Shown piece by piece: positions 49,219 through 59,700 of a stretch of 64,000 nt of DNA (position 1 is the stretch's first letter; each line of letters starts with the position of its first letter). The translations under genes and the position numbers were made by a program. The stretch is from a virus. Taxonomy: Duplodnaviria > Caudoviricetes. The notes under the pieces are model-generated. The model made no database searches. It saw nothing but the letters and a program-made list of their open reading frames with translations, and was not told the DNA's origin. The DNA lies in IMG/VR virus record IMGVR_UViG_2654587505_000001, positions 102,614 to 166,613 of that record, one strand, 5' to 3'.

Positions 49219-50004
49219 TTGGTGGGAAAAGAGTTACTTGGTAGTCTTGAATTAAATCGTATTTATCAAATGGATTGCTTAGAAGGGATGAAGTTAATTC
49301 CTAACGAGTCAATTGACATAATTTTATGTGATCTGCCATATGGCACAACAGAAGCAAAATGGGACAGTATAATTCCAATTGATAAACTTTGGATACAATA
49401 CGAAAGGATTATTAAACCAGATGGAGCAATTGTGTTAACTGCTAGTCAACCATTTACAACAAAATTAATTCAAAGCAATTATGGACTCTTTAAATATGAG
49501 TGGATTTGGGTTAAGAGTAAACCGACAGGATTTATAAATGCAAAAAATGCCCCATTGAAAAAACATGAAAATGTTTTAGTTTTTTCTAAAGGAGCAACAG
49601 CGAATAGGAGTCCTCGAAATATGAAATATTTTCCACAAGATCTTAAACCTTTAGGAAAAAAGAAAAAATCAAAAAATAATCCAGATGATATATTCGGAAC
49701 AAGACCCAGTAGAAATAATGATGGATATGTGCAAGAATTTACAGGATATCCAGATAGTATATTAGAATTTGCAAGTGAAAGCAAAACGGTTCATCCAACA
49801 CAAAAACCATTGGCGCTTTTTGAATATCTTATAAAAACATACACCAATGAAGGCGATATAGTTCTAGACAATTGCATGGGTAGTGGAACAACTGCTGTAG
49901 CAGCTTTAAAAAATAATCGCAAATTTATAGGATTTGAAACGGAATCAAAATACATAGAAGTTGCAAATAAACGCATTGATTCAATATATAATGAAATTGT
50001 ATAA
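49219..50004 (+). CDS. DNA N6A/N4C methyltransferase (beta class)
   Basis: CDLPYG, HPTQKP, DNCMGSGTT. Confidence 0.9.
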   Translation: MVGKELLGSLELNRIYQMDCLEGMKLIPNESIDIILCDLPYGTTEAKWDSIIPIDKLWIQYERIIKPDGAIVLTASQPFTTKLIQSNYGLFKYEWIWVKSKPTGFINAKNAPLKKHENVLVFSKGATANRSPRNMKYFPQDLKPLGKKKKSKNNPDDIFGTRPSRNNDGYVQEFTGYPDSILEFASESKTVHPTQKPLALFEYLIKTYTNEGDIVLDNCMGSGTTAVAALKNNRKFIGFETESKYIEVANKRIDSIYNEIV

Positions 50005-50037
50005 TGAAATTGAAGACAAAAAACTTTTATATGGAGA

Positions 50038-50256
50038 GTGACAATTATGTGGCTTACATATGATGAAAATGAATACATATCAAAACAATATCGCAAATAT
50101 CTCGACAATAAGTTGTCACTTGATAAATTTAATGAACAGATTCAAAAGAAATTCAATACCGATTACGACTTTAGAGCAGTAATTAAGGAGTGTAAATTAC
50201 AAAATAAAGGATCTTATGATATTGGGTGGGCATTACTTGATCTTGGGGAGAAATAA
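50038..50256 (+). CDS. Hypothetical phage protein
   Basis: ORF with RBS. Confidence 0.55.
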   Translation: MTIMWLTYDENEYISKQYRKYLDNKLSLDKFNEQIQKKFNTDYDFRAVIKECKLQNKGSYDIGWALLDLGEK

Positions 50257-50580
50257 ATGAGAATTGTTAACATTTTAAATGGAGAGATTGAATTTATAAA
50301 ACATGATGATGACTTGGTTAAATTAGTTGAAAATCATATGGGATACGACATGTCATGCGCTATCAAAGACTTGGTTGAAAGAGCAGATGAAGTTAAATAT
50401 AAAACAGAAAGCAATTTGTTGAGTTATGAACTAAGTCTTGAAGAAAGTAGAGAAGGATATCTAGAATTATGCGACATGTTAGAAAGGATGGTAAATACTT
50501 TAGAAAAGAAAAAAATAAATAAAACAACCTTACAAGAGATTATAGACAGAATGGAAAACATAATAAATCGACATATTTAA
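50257..50580 (+). CDS. Hypothetical phage protein
   Basis: RBS GGGGAG. Confidence 0.65.
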   Translation: MRIVNILNGEIEFIKHDDDLVKLVENHMGYDMSCAIKDLVERADEVKYKTESNLLSYELSLEESREGYLELCDMLERMVNTLEKKKINKTTLQEIIDRMENIINRHI

Positions 50581-50625
50581 AACACTATAAAAAGATACTT
50601 TTATCAGGAAAGGAGGAGAACAGTT

Positions 50626-50811
50626 TTGACATATGAATACATTAGACCATATAAAGAAGATAAGCCTAAGAGATGCCCTCGATGTGGATGTGAAATCAAT
50701 CCTTTTGGTATTATTTTAGAAGAAAACTGTGGTTTTCTTGGATTGGGAATAAAAAGAACTTCGATTAAGTCTTGCATGAAGTGTGACTATAAGATTAAAA
50801 AAAGAATATGA
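50626..50811 (+). CDS. Zn-ribbon protein
   Basis: CPRC...CMKC; between palindromes. Confidence 0.6.
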   Translation: MTYEYIRPYKEDKPKRCPRCGCEINPFGIILEENCGFLGLGIKRTSIKSCMKCDYKIKKRI

Positions 50812-50840
50812 AAATACTCCATTTTATAAGGTGATTATTA

Positions 50841-51113
50841 ATGATGGAAGATGTTACAAATTACATACAATCAAGATACTTAATGCCGATTAGCGATTTA
50901 ATAAGTAAATATAAATTAAAAATTTATTCTGATGGTATGGCATACTATGTAATTCACAATAATGATGAGATTGGCTATTGGTTTTATCATAATAATGGAA
51001 TTGATTTTCTAACAACCGTAAAATATGGTCTACAAAAACAAACATTTAATGATTGGAAAGCAGTTGCAGAATTTATTGAAAAGCAAATAAAAATTTATTT
51101 CGAAAGAAGATAA
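50841..51113 (+). CDS. Hypothetical phage protein
   Basis: RBS AAGGTGA. Confidence 0.6.
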   Translation: MMEDVTNYIQSRYLMPISDLISKYKLKIYSDGMAYYVIHNNDEIGYWFYHNNGIDFLTTVKYGLQKQTFNDWKAVAEFIEKQIKIYFERR

Positions 51114-51121
51114 GAAAGGGA

Positions 51122-51712
51122 CTAATTCCAGTCCCACTTTAAATTCATGTCTTGATATTCACCTGCTCTAAAATAGTTCCCGAAACTATCTCTATTAGGG
51201 AAACCTTCAGGATGAGCGGGATAAATAGTTAATTCATGTCTGCACTTGTGACACCAAGTTTTCTTAGAACTTTCATATACATAATGCGTACCTTTAAAGT
51301 AGCATGCATAACACTCATATCTTAATTTATATCTCTTTTTACCATCGTGTTGTCCTATTTTAATTCCTGTGATAAGGTAATCAGGTTGATCATTAGTTTC
51401 TTTATATGTAGATTCTAATTCTTCTTTATTTTCAGTTAGTCCTTTAATTAGTTGTTCTTTAATTTCATTCTTTTCAATTTCAGTTTTATCTATTCGTTGT
51501 GGTTCAATTGGTTTTACTTCATTAAAAAAGTTACTGTAAGCATCGCCTATTTTAGAGTAAGTATCAACCATCTCAAAAACATCAGATTCAATACCAAATA
51601 ACCTAAAAACCTTATCAATTATCACAAGTTTACTTAATGAATCTGCTTCATTGATTTCAATTTCTGCTTCTTTACCTTTACCGTCATTAATAGAGATTTT
51701 TACATTAAGCAT
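51122..51712 (-). CDS. Moron: Zn-finger protein with own promoter
   Basis: CYAC/CHKC; RBS GAGGTGA; TTTACA-17-TAAAAT at 51769-51741 (-). Confidence 0.7.
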   Translation of the reverse strand: MLNVKISINDGKGKEAEIEINEADSLSKLVIIDKVFRLFGIESDVFEMVDTYSKIGDAYSNFFNEVKPIEPQRIDKTEIEKNEIKEQLIKGLTENKEELESTYKETNDQPDYLITGIKIGQHDGKKRYKLRYECYACYFKGTHYVYESSKKTWCHKCRHELTIYPAHPEGFPNRDSFGNYFRAGEYQDMNLKWDWN

Positions 51713-51871
51713 AGATTCACCTCTTTGCATATTAATATCTATTTTAAGTTAAAGAAGGGGAAATGTAAAATAAAAAAATTAACAAGTTTTCATTGGAAAA
51801 CATTATTTAATTTAACGAATGACCAAGGTTCTTTGGTAAAGAAGATGAAATTTGAATTTTATGGGGGAAAC

Positions 51872-52186
51872 ATGAAAGCAAAAGAACGAGCAAGAGCAAT
51901 TGGAGAAGCATTATTGGCAGTTGCAAGTGATACTGTAGTTTCACGAGATGACGAGAAATTATTCGGCATCCTCTTTGCAAACCATCTTCAAATGAATGGG
52001 TATAAAAAAGATATTGATCCAGACTTGCTAATCCTCTCGATGAGAGACGCATATCATGAGTTGCAGCATCACAAAAAACATAATCCAGAGGCAACAATTG
52101 AAACTGTATTTACAAAGCAATACATAGATAAACTGATTGAAAAAGGTTGGTATACAAGACCAGAGGATAAGGTTTTAGAATGGTAA
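51872..52186 (+). CDS. Hypothetical phage protein
   Basis: Between palindromes 51845 and 52186. Confidence 0.65.
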   Translation: MKAKERARAIGEALLAVASDTVVSRDDEKLFGILFANHLQMNGYKKDIDPDLLILSMRDAYHELQHHKKHNPEATIETVFTKQYIDKLIEKGWYTRPEDKVLEW

Positions 52187-52219
52187 TAAAACAAGAAATT
52201 TATGAAGAAAAGGAGAGAA

Positions 52220-52957
52220 ATGACAAAAATGAGAACTGAAACCGTAAAGGTTAATTTACAGTTTAATGTTACTAGAGAACTTGAAGATAATGAGGTCTTA
52301 TGTCCTGTATGTAGCGGCACATCATTGCATATTCAAGGAATCCCATTGGCGCAAGTGACGAACGGAATTTATGAGATTAAAAAATTTGGCAGGTACGACA
52401 CAATTGTTGGATGTGGCTCATGTTATTATGGGGTACAAAAGAAATGTGAACATTGCGATAACCTACTTGGGCGCAGTAATCTTTGTACGTGCGATAAATC
52501 TAGATGGGAACAAAGAAACAAAGAGGAGCAAAAAGAAAGGGAAAAATGGGGGAAAATTAATAAAATTACATACAAAGAAGCGCTAGATAAATATGAAATG
52601 ATTTACATTGATGGTTTTGAAAAATATTGTGCTCCTGATGAGCTTTCAGAATATCTTCAATGGTATCTTGATGATAACAGAGAAGTTACAGTTGAAGATA
52701 TACTTAGCCTGAGAATTTATGGGACGTATATTACAAATGCAATGTTTGATGCAACAAGCATTTTAGAAAATGCTACAGAGGAACTTCATGAAGAAGCATA
52801 CGATCGTTCAAAACACATCTTAAATAAATTACAGAGCTACTTAGACGAAATAGCTAAGGAAATTCAGCGGGATACACTAACCTACTTTCCAGATGAAAAA
52901 GTAGGTATTCAATTGACCAGCAAAGATATTGAAAAGTTTGAACTACAGTTCAAATAA
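52220..52957 (+). CDS. Cys-rich (DnaJ-like Zn finger) phage protein
   Basis: CPVCSG, CGSCYYG, CEHC. Confidence 0.7.
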   Translation: MTKMRTETVKVNLQFNVTRELEDNEVLCPVCSGTSLHIQGIPLAQVTNGIYEIKKFGRYDTIVGCGSCYYGVQKKCEHCDNLLGRSNLCTCDKSRWEQRNKEEQKEREKWGKINKITYKEALDKYEMIYIDGFEKYCAPDELSEYLQWYLDDNREVTVEDILSLRIYGTYITNAMFDATSILENATEELHEEAYDRSKHILNKLQSYLDEIAKEIQRDTLTYFPDEKVGIQLTSKDIEKFELQFK

Positions 52958-52991
52958 AAACTAGATTTTATAGGGAAAAGAATATGTGGAT

Positions 52992-53231
52992 TTACTCTGT
53001 GTATCGTATAATATTTTCAACATTATATTTTTTCTCTACTCCTTGTGAATGAGCAATAAAATTAATTGTATCGAGTATTCGTACAAGTGTTTCTATCTTA
53101 ATTGCTTTTGTATCACCACTAGTCAATTCTAGTATCAAATTAGGTCTTAGTTTAGCTTCAACAGCTAATTTATTTTTCGTAATTCCTAATTCTTCAAGTG
53201 TGTCATTTATAGTAAATTCAATTCTACTCAT
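52992..53231 (-). CDS. XRE/Cro-C1 HTH regulator
   Basis: LGITKNKLAVEAKLRPN...IKIETL. Confidence 0.85.
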   Translation of the reverse strand: MSRIEFTINDTLEELGITKNKLAVEAKLRPNLILELTSGDTKAIKIETLVRILDTINFIAHSQGVEKKYNVENIIRYTE

Positions 53232-53318
53232 TATTGTTTTAACCTCCTATGTTGCTTTTATAAATAAATTATACAAAATACAATTAATTAATTCAATTAA
53301 ATTATTTTCGATTAACTA

Positions 53319-53347
53319 TTTACATTTAACGAAATTCGTTATACAAT
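53319..53347 (+). promoter_or_regulatory. SigA promoter with palindromic operator in the spacer
   Basis: TTTACA-17-TACAAT; TAACGAA-A-TTCGTTA at 53327-53341. Confidence 0.7.
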
Positions 53348-53378
53348 AATCCCATAACCAAATGGGAGGTTAATACAT

Positions 53379-53666
53379 ATGATCAAAATGGACGCAGAAG
53401 TAATCGAGTTAGGTAGGCAAATGGAGTCAGCAAAACAATCTAAACAGTCATTCATTAATTTTATCATTTATTTGGAAATACCTCAAGTTGATCCATGGGT
53501 TATTGGATGGTTAGAGGAATATTGGACAGATCAGATGAGTAGGGTGTTTTTTGAACGGTTTTATAATGGATCGTTGGATAGTACAACGTTGTATCTTGAG
53601 ACAGGTGAAATTTTACCTAGTTTACTAGATGATATCGAGGAATGTATAAGGAGCTTTTCGAACTAA
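53379..53666 (+). CDS. Hypothetical protein upstream of tnpB
   Basis: RBS GGGAGGT. Confidence 0.65.
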   Translation: MIKMDAEVIELGRQMESAKQSKQSFINFIIYLEIPQVDPWVIGWLEEYWTDQMSRVFFERFYNGSLDSTTLYLETGEILPSLLDDIEECIRSFSN

Positions 53667-53693
53667 TAATACACATCGAGAGGGGGTGAATTT

Positions 53694-54893
53694 TTGGAAA
53701 TTTATAAAACTATCAAGTTAAGAATTAATTGCAATGAATACGATCTTAAAAGACTTGAAATTTGCAACAAAGAAAGTGCTCATATATGGAACTTGTGCAT
53801 TAAAGAAAATAAAATGAATTTCGAGAAGAACAAAGAATTACTATCTAAAGGAGATTTGCAAAGTTTTGTTAAGAAAATAGATGTTAGTACTATATGCGCG
53901 TTCAATAAAACTTTCGTTTCCAGAAGAGTGTTTGAAGCATACAAAGCTATTTCAAAAGCTAGAAAATCTGGCAGGAAAGATCTGTATTATCCTTATAAGG
54001 ATAAAAAGTTTTTTCCGACAGAGTGGGACTCTTATCGTATGCATTTTAATTATGCTGACAATATTATCTACTTAGCTACTGCGCGATACATTGGGAATGA
54101 TGGAAAACCTCATAATGGGAAACAAATTGTCTTAAAATTCAAAACACCAATACCACATAATATAAAAACATTAAAACTAGTATACGAACATGGTCATTAT
54201 TATGCTTGTATTTCTTATCTTATTGAAGTGAAAGAAAAGAAACCTTTCTTTAGCAACAAAGCATCAATTGATCTTGGAGAGATTCATGCTATTACATCTG
54301 TGGATAATAACCGAAATCAATTAATTATTACTGGTCGCAAAATTCGCTCAATCAAACAATTTCGTAATAAAAGACAAGCAGAATTACGTTCAAAAATGGA
54401 TCGTTGCAAAAAAGGATCACGTCAATACAATAAATATCGAATTGCTTATGCTAAAATCAAATCAAAATGCAGAAAACAGCTTGATTACCATATTCATAAA
54501 CTGACTCGCATGTATACAAATTGGGCCATAGAGAAAGGTATCTCTGTGGTATATTGTGGAGATGTGACAGGTATAGAATATGGGACAAATGCTAAGGGAA
54601 ATAGTTTTACAAGGCAAAAAATTAACCAATGGGAATATGGTAAGATCATGAGATTACTAGAATACAAGTTAAGACTTGAAGGTATTCAATTCGAGAAAGT
54701 TGACGAGAGTTATTCTAGTCAAATTTGTCCTTGTTGTGGATTCAAAAACAAACCAAAGAATAGGAATTATAGGTGTGACAATTGCGAAGAAGAATTTCAC
54801 AGAGACATTGTTGGAGCATGGAATATTTTAAGTAATAATTGTAAATTGGATTTTACACCAAGTAATTATACGAAGTATCTACGTATTGCTTAA
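53694..54893 (+). CDS. tnpB: TnpB-family RNA-guided nuclease, no IS ends recognised
   Basis: SIDLGE, YCGD, SSQICPCCG, CDNC, HRDIVGAWNI. Confidence 0.9.
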   Translation: MEIYKTIKLRINCNEYDLKRLEICNKESAHIWNLCIKENKMNFEKNKELLSKGDLQSFVKKIDVSTICAFNKTFVSRRVFEAYKAISKARKSGRKDLYYPYKDKKFFPTEWDSYRMHFNYADNIIYLATARYIGNDGKPHNGKQIVLKFKTPIPHNIKTLKLVYEHGHYYACISYLIEVKEKKPFFSNKASIDLGEIHAITSVDNNRNQLIITGRKIRSIKQFRNKRQAELRSKMDRCKKGSRQYNKYRIAYAKIKSKCRKQLDYHIHKLTRMYTNWAIEKGISVVYCGDVTGIEYGTNAKGNSFTRQKINQWEYGKIMRLLEYKLRLEGIQFEKVDESYSSQICPCCGFKNKPKNRNYRCDNCEEEFHRDIVGAWNILSNNCKLDFTPSNYTKYLRIA

Positions 54894-55010
54894 GCAAAAA
54901 GTAGTAGACGGCAAGCATTTTGTCCATAATCAATTGATTTATTGATTATGTTGCTCATTGAAAAATGAGAAGTGGGCTTATAAAAACCCAATAAATGTAG
55001 AAGATATTTC
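54894..55010 (+). ncRNA. Putative omegaRNA downstream of tnpB
   Basis: GTAGTAGACGG start and stacked hairpins (CATAATCAAT/ATTGATTATG, CTCATT/AATGAG, GGG/CCC). Confidence 0.5.
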
Positions 55011-55323
55011 AGAAAGAAAAAACTTTACATTTGTATATGAACCAAACACCAAAGAAGTACATACATACGATACATCAATCAATACTACTAGGAAATTACT
55101 TATGACTTATCGAGAGCACAAAGGTAAACTAGTGCCAACTTATTCATCAAATAATGCAAATTATAACACCAATCCATTAGACAAAAAAACTGCTAAAGAT
55201 TATTTTGAAGCATTATACGAGAAATCACTTAAACCTAGTTCGTATTACAATATTTGTTTTCTTGGGTGGGTCAACCCAAAAACGTTTCAACCAATCGAAG
55301 AAGTGGAGGAGTTAAATAAAGGT

Positions 55324-56526
55324 ATGGATTATCAATTTGAGAAGAATAAATTATATGCACATTTAGGCGATAAATTAGTCAAAGAACTAAAAGAATATAA
55401 ATGTTTCATTGCTGGTGGAACAATCACAAGTTTATTCTGCAACAGAGAAATTAATGATATCGATGTCTATTTTCGTGATGAAGAATCATTAATTCAATTT
55501 ATTGAAGATAGCTGGTCTAGTGGATGGGTGATAACGAACACTAAAAAGGCCACTCTCGTTAAATTCCAAGGTAAAGACGTTCAATTAATTCACTTTGACT
55601 ATTTTAAAAACGCACAGGAGATTTTTGATACATTCGACTTTACGGTGTGCATGGGCGCTTTTGATTTTGCCGATGAGAAATTTTATCTTCATAATGATTT
55701 CTTAAAGCACAATTCGCAAAGAATTCTTATTTTTAACAAAAATACATCTTATCCAATTGTATCATTGTTACGTGTTCAGAAGTATAAAGATAAAGGCTAT
55801 ACAATCTCTAAACCTGAAATGCTGCGAATCGTCATGACTTGCATGAAACTAAATATTACTACTTTATCTGAGTTAAAAGAACAGATTGGTGGTATGTATG
55901 GAGTAAATTATGACAGACTCTTTGAAGGTGAAAGTGAGGATTTTTCACTTGAAAATGCAATTGATAAAATTGAAAATTTGTCATTAGATGATGATTATTT
56001 TAAGGCTCCAGAGTTTATGGAATTTGAAGATGCGGAAGAAATTATCGATGAAATCAGAAAACAGCCTATTAAATTCTTTAAAATCAATGATGTATATTAT
56101 CGAATTAGAACGAATGGAACAATTAAAAAATCTAATAATAAGCCAAAAAATGGAATCGAAATAGATGCTGGAAATAAGCTTAGTAATATGAAATTATATA
56201 AGTTTGTTAAAAATGAAAATAATACATATAGAAGTTATTATGATAGTAAATTTGAGTATAAAATTGGTGAGATTGCAATACCACAAAATAGAAGTTATGG
56301 AACACCATTACTATATTTTAACGAACTTAAGGAAATCAATGAGTCACCTTTCAATTCGAGGAAAGATAAAGCGCTGCTTGAAGTTGAATTTGAAGTTGAT
56401 GATTTTTACAGTAAAGATGGGTCACAAATTACCTTAAAAAAATGCAAAGTAATAAGAGAAGTTCCTAAAGAAGAATATCAACAATATCTTGATGATGAAC
56501 AAGAAGATGATGATCCATTTGCATAA
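55324..56526 (+). CDS. Nucleotidyltransferase-fold protein (polyA polymerase/CCA head-like)
   Basis: FIAGG, NDIDVYF, FDFTVCM; RBS GGAGGAG before ATG 55324; frame open further upstream. Confidence 0.7.
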   Translation: MDYQFEKNKLYAHLGDKLVKELKEYKCFIAGGTITSLFCNREINDIDVYFRDEESLIQFIEDSWSSGWVITNTKKATLVKFQGKDVQLIHFDYFKNAQEIFDTFDFTVCMGAFDFADEKFYLHNDFLKHNSQRILIFNKNTSYPIVSLLRVQKYKDKGYTISKPEMLRIVMTCMKLNITTLSELKEQIGGMYGVNYDRLFEGESEDFSLENAIDKIENLSLDDDYFKAPEFMEFEDAEEIIDEIRKQPIKFFKINDVYYRIRTNGTIKKSNNKPKNGIEIDAGNKLSNMKLYKFVKNENNTYRSYYDSKFEYKIGEIAIPQNRSYGTPLLYFNELKEINESPFNSRKDKALLEVEFEVDDFYSKDGSQITLKKCKVIREVPKEEYQQYLDDEQEDDDPFA

Positions 56527-56566
56527 ACCAAATAAAAGAACAATTTCATGGGGAGATGAGTTGAAA

Positions 56567-56734
56567 ATGGATATGTACAAGCAGATGTGTGTTCAGCAAG
56601 GATATATTCCGCTTACGTGTACATTGGATGGTCAGTTGGTCTGGTTGTTGGTAAATAAAGAGGGCAACCCATGCAAGGGATGTAACGAAGATAGAGATAT
56701 ATGCAAAGGGCGACCTAAAACTGAAACACGATGA
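56567..56734 (+). CDS. Small Cys-rich protein
   Basis: PCKGCNEDRDIC; between palindromes. Confidence 0.6.
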   Translation: MDMYKQMCVQQGYIPLTCTLDGQLVWLLVNKEGNPCKGCNEDRDICKGRPKTETR

Positions 56735-56766
56735 AAGGAAATATTTTATAGAGGGGAGGCTTCCAA

Positions 56767-59700
56767 TTGATCGGATGTCATTGTCATACTGCAAAAGGCT
56801 CTAATTTACGATTAATTGACTCAACAAATAAAACTAAAGACTTAATAAAAACAGCGGCAAAAATGGGGTATTCAGGAATAGCAATCACAGATCATGAAAG
56901 CCTATCTGCTCATGTTGAGGCAATTAAAATAGTAAAAGAATTGAAAAAGCCGGATAAAAATGGAAATACTGTTATCCCCAAAGATTTTAAACTTCTTCTC
57001 GGAAATGAAATTTACTTATTAATGGAGCCACTAGAAGAAGTAAAAAATAATTATAAAAGCGGTAAAACAAAATTTCCTCATTTCATTCTTATTGCCAAAG
57101 ATGCTATTGGTCATCGCCAATTAAGAATACTCACAAGTAAAGCATGGGAGCAGTCTTTTAAAACAGGTATAATGGAAAGAACTCCTACAGAAAAAGAATT
57201 CTTAGAACAAGTGGTTTCTGAAAATCGTGGACATCTTATTGCGTCAACTGCATGTCTTGGTAGTGAAATTAATATCTATCTACTAGAGATGAAAGTCGCA
57301 GAAGAAAATAACGATTTAGAAACAGTAAAAGAGTTAAAGAAAAAAATACATAATTTTATAAATTGGTGTATCAATACATTTGGAAAAGAAAACTTCTTTA
57401 TCGAAATTCAACCTGCATGGTCGGAAGAACAAATTTATTGCAATAAGAAATTAATTCCTATTGCCAAACATTATGGTCTTCAATGGATTGTTACTACCGA
57501 TGCACACTTTTTAAGACCAGAAGACAGAGAAATCCATAGGGCTTTTCTTAATTCCAAAGATGGAGAAAGAGAAGTGGATGATTTTTATGAAGCATGTTTT
57601 CTTCAAAATTTAGAAGAAATCAAAGAAAGACTAAATTATCTTGACTCTTCAGATGTCCAAATTGCAATTGAAAATACATTAAAAATTGGGGATATGGTTG
57701 AAGAATATGATCTATTTAAACCAGTTTCTATACCTAGAATAGAATTGCCTGAATTTGAAGTTCGCCATATCTTTAAACCAGCATATGATAAATATGAATA
57801 CATAGCAAAAATGGCTTATTCAGATGAGCCACAAGACAGGTATTTGATTAAATTAATTGAAGACGGATTTGATGCTAAAGTTCCTCGGAACACTTTAACA
57901 AGAGAGAGTTTTCATCAAAAATTAGCACGAATCAATATTGAACTTGAAGAACTATGGCATATTTCTTTGTCTCTAAAAGAAGCCATGTCAGCGTATTATA
58001 TAACCATAAGAGAAATTGTTTTAATTATGTGGGATGATTGCGGTGGGAATAGTCTTGTTGGGCCGGGACGAGGATCAGCGGCAGGCTTCTACATTAACTA
58101 TTTGTTAGATATTACTCAAGTTGACCCTTTACAGTACAATCTTCCACATTGGCGGCATTTACACAAGTCGAGACCTGATTATCCAGATATCGATTTAGAC
58201 AGCGAAGCAGCAAAAAGAAAACAAATCATCAATGCTCTGAAAAGAAAATTTGGTGAAAGAAAAGTAATTAATATTGCAACGTTTGGAACCGAAAAATCAA
58301 AAAGTGCAGTACTTACAGCTTGCCGTGGACTTGGCTACGATAATGACATTGCAATGCATATTGCTTCTTTAATACCTTTCGAAAGAGGTTCTAACTGGAC
58401 AATATCTGATTGTTTATATGGAAATGAAGAAGAAGAAAGGGAACCTGTAAAAGAATTCATAAATGAAATTGAAAAATATCCGAAATTAAAAGAAACAGTT
58501 TTGAAGATCGAGGGACTTGAAAATAAAAGAAGTATCCATTCTGGTGGAGTCTTCATCTACAATGAAGATTTGATTGAAAGAAATGCACTAATGAAGGCTC
58601 CTAATGGACAATGGATTACACAATTCTCCATGAGTGATAGTGAGTACATGGGTGGTATTAAATATGATCTTCTTACGGTTGAAAATGAAGATAAATTAAG
58701 AGTATCTTTAAATTTATTATTAGAAAATAATATGATTGAATGGCAAGACTCATTAAAGAAAACCTACGAAAAGTATCTTCATCCTGATGTATTAGAATAT
58801 GATAATCCTGAAATATGGAACAAAATGGGTAATGGTGAAGTCATTGATCTTTTCCAATTCAACACCCAAATAGGAGTCGAGACTGCAAAAAAAGTTAAAC
58901 CTCAAAATGTACTAGAAGCTTCAATTGCCAACTCACTAATGAGATTAATGCCTGATGAGGGTAGTACTCAACCTGTTGATTTATATGTAAAATATAAAAA
59001 TAATATTTCTCTATGGTATAAAGAAATGAGGGATCATCATTTAACTGATGATGAAATCTCAATCATGGAAAAGCATTTGAAGCATAAATATGGTATCGCA
59101 GATTCACAAGAATCTGTAATGATTATGGTTATGGATGAGAAGATTAGTGGCTTTGATATTGTAGAAGCCAACCTTCTTCGAAAAGGCATAGTCAAAAAAA
59201 ACAAAGATAAAATCGAAGAAACAAGACAGCTTTTTTACAAAAAAGGGAGAGAAAGAGGAACTTCAAAACATCTACTGAATTATGTATGGGAAGTCCAAAT
59301 TAAACGACAAATCGGATACTCATTTTCAGATTTACATACTACAGTATATACAATCGTTGGATTACAAGATTTGAATCTATATCATCGTTATGATCCATTA
59401 ATTTGGAACACAGCTTGTCTCACTGTAAATAGTGCGAGTTCAGAAGATGAAAATAATGATGAATCCGATGAAGGAGAAGAAAAGAAAAACAAATCTACAA
59501 ACTATGGTAAAGTCGCTTCTGCTATTGGAATGATGCAATCCCATGGAGTAAAAATTGGTCTACCAGATATTAATAAAGCATCATTTGGATTTAAGCCCGA
59601 TTTTGAAGTAAGACAGATTACATACGGACTAAAAGGACTTGTTGGAGTTGGAGATGAATTAGCGTCTATCTTGGTTGAACATAGACCATATAAATCATTC

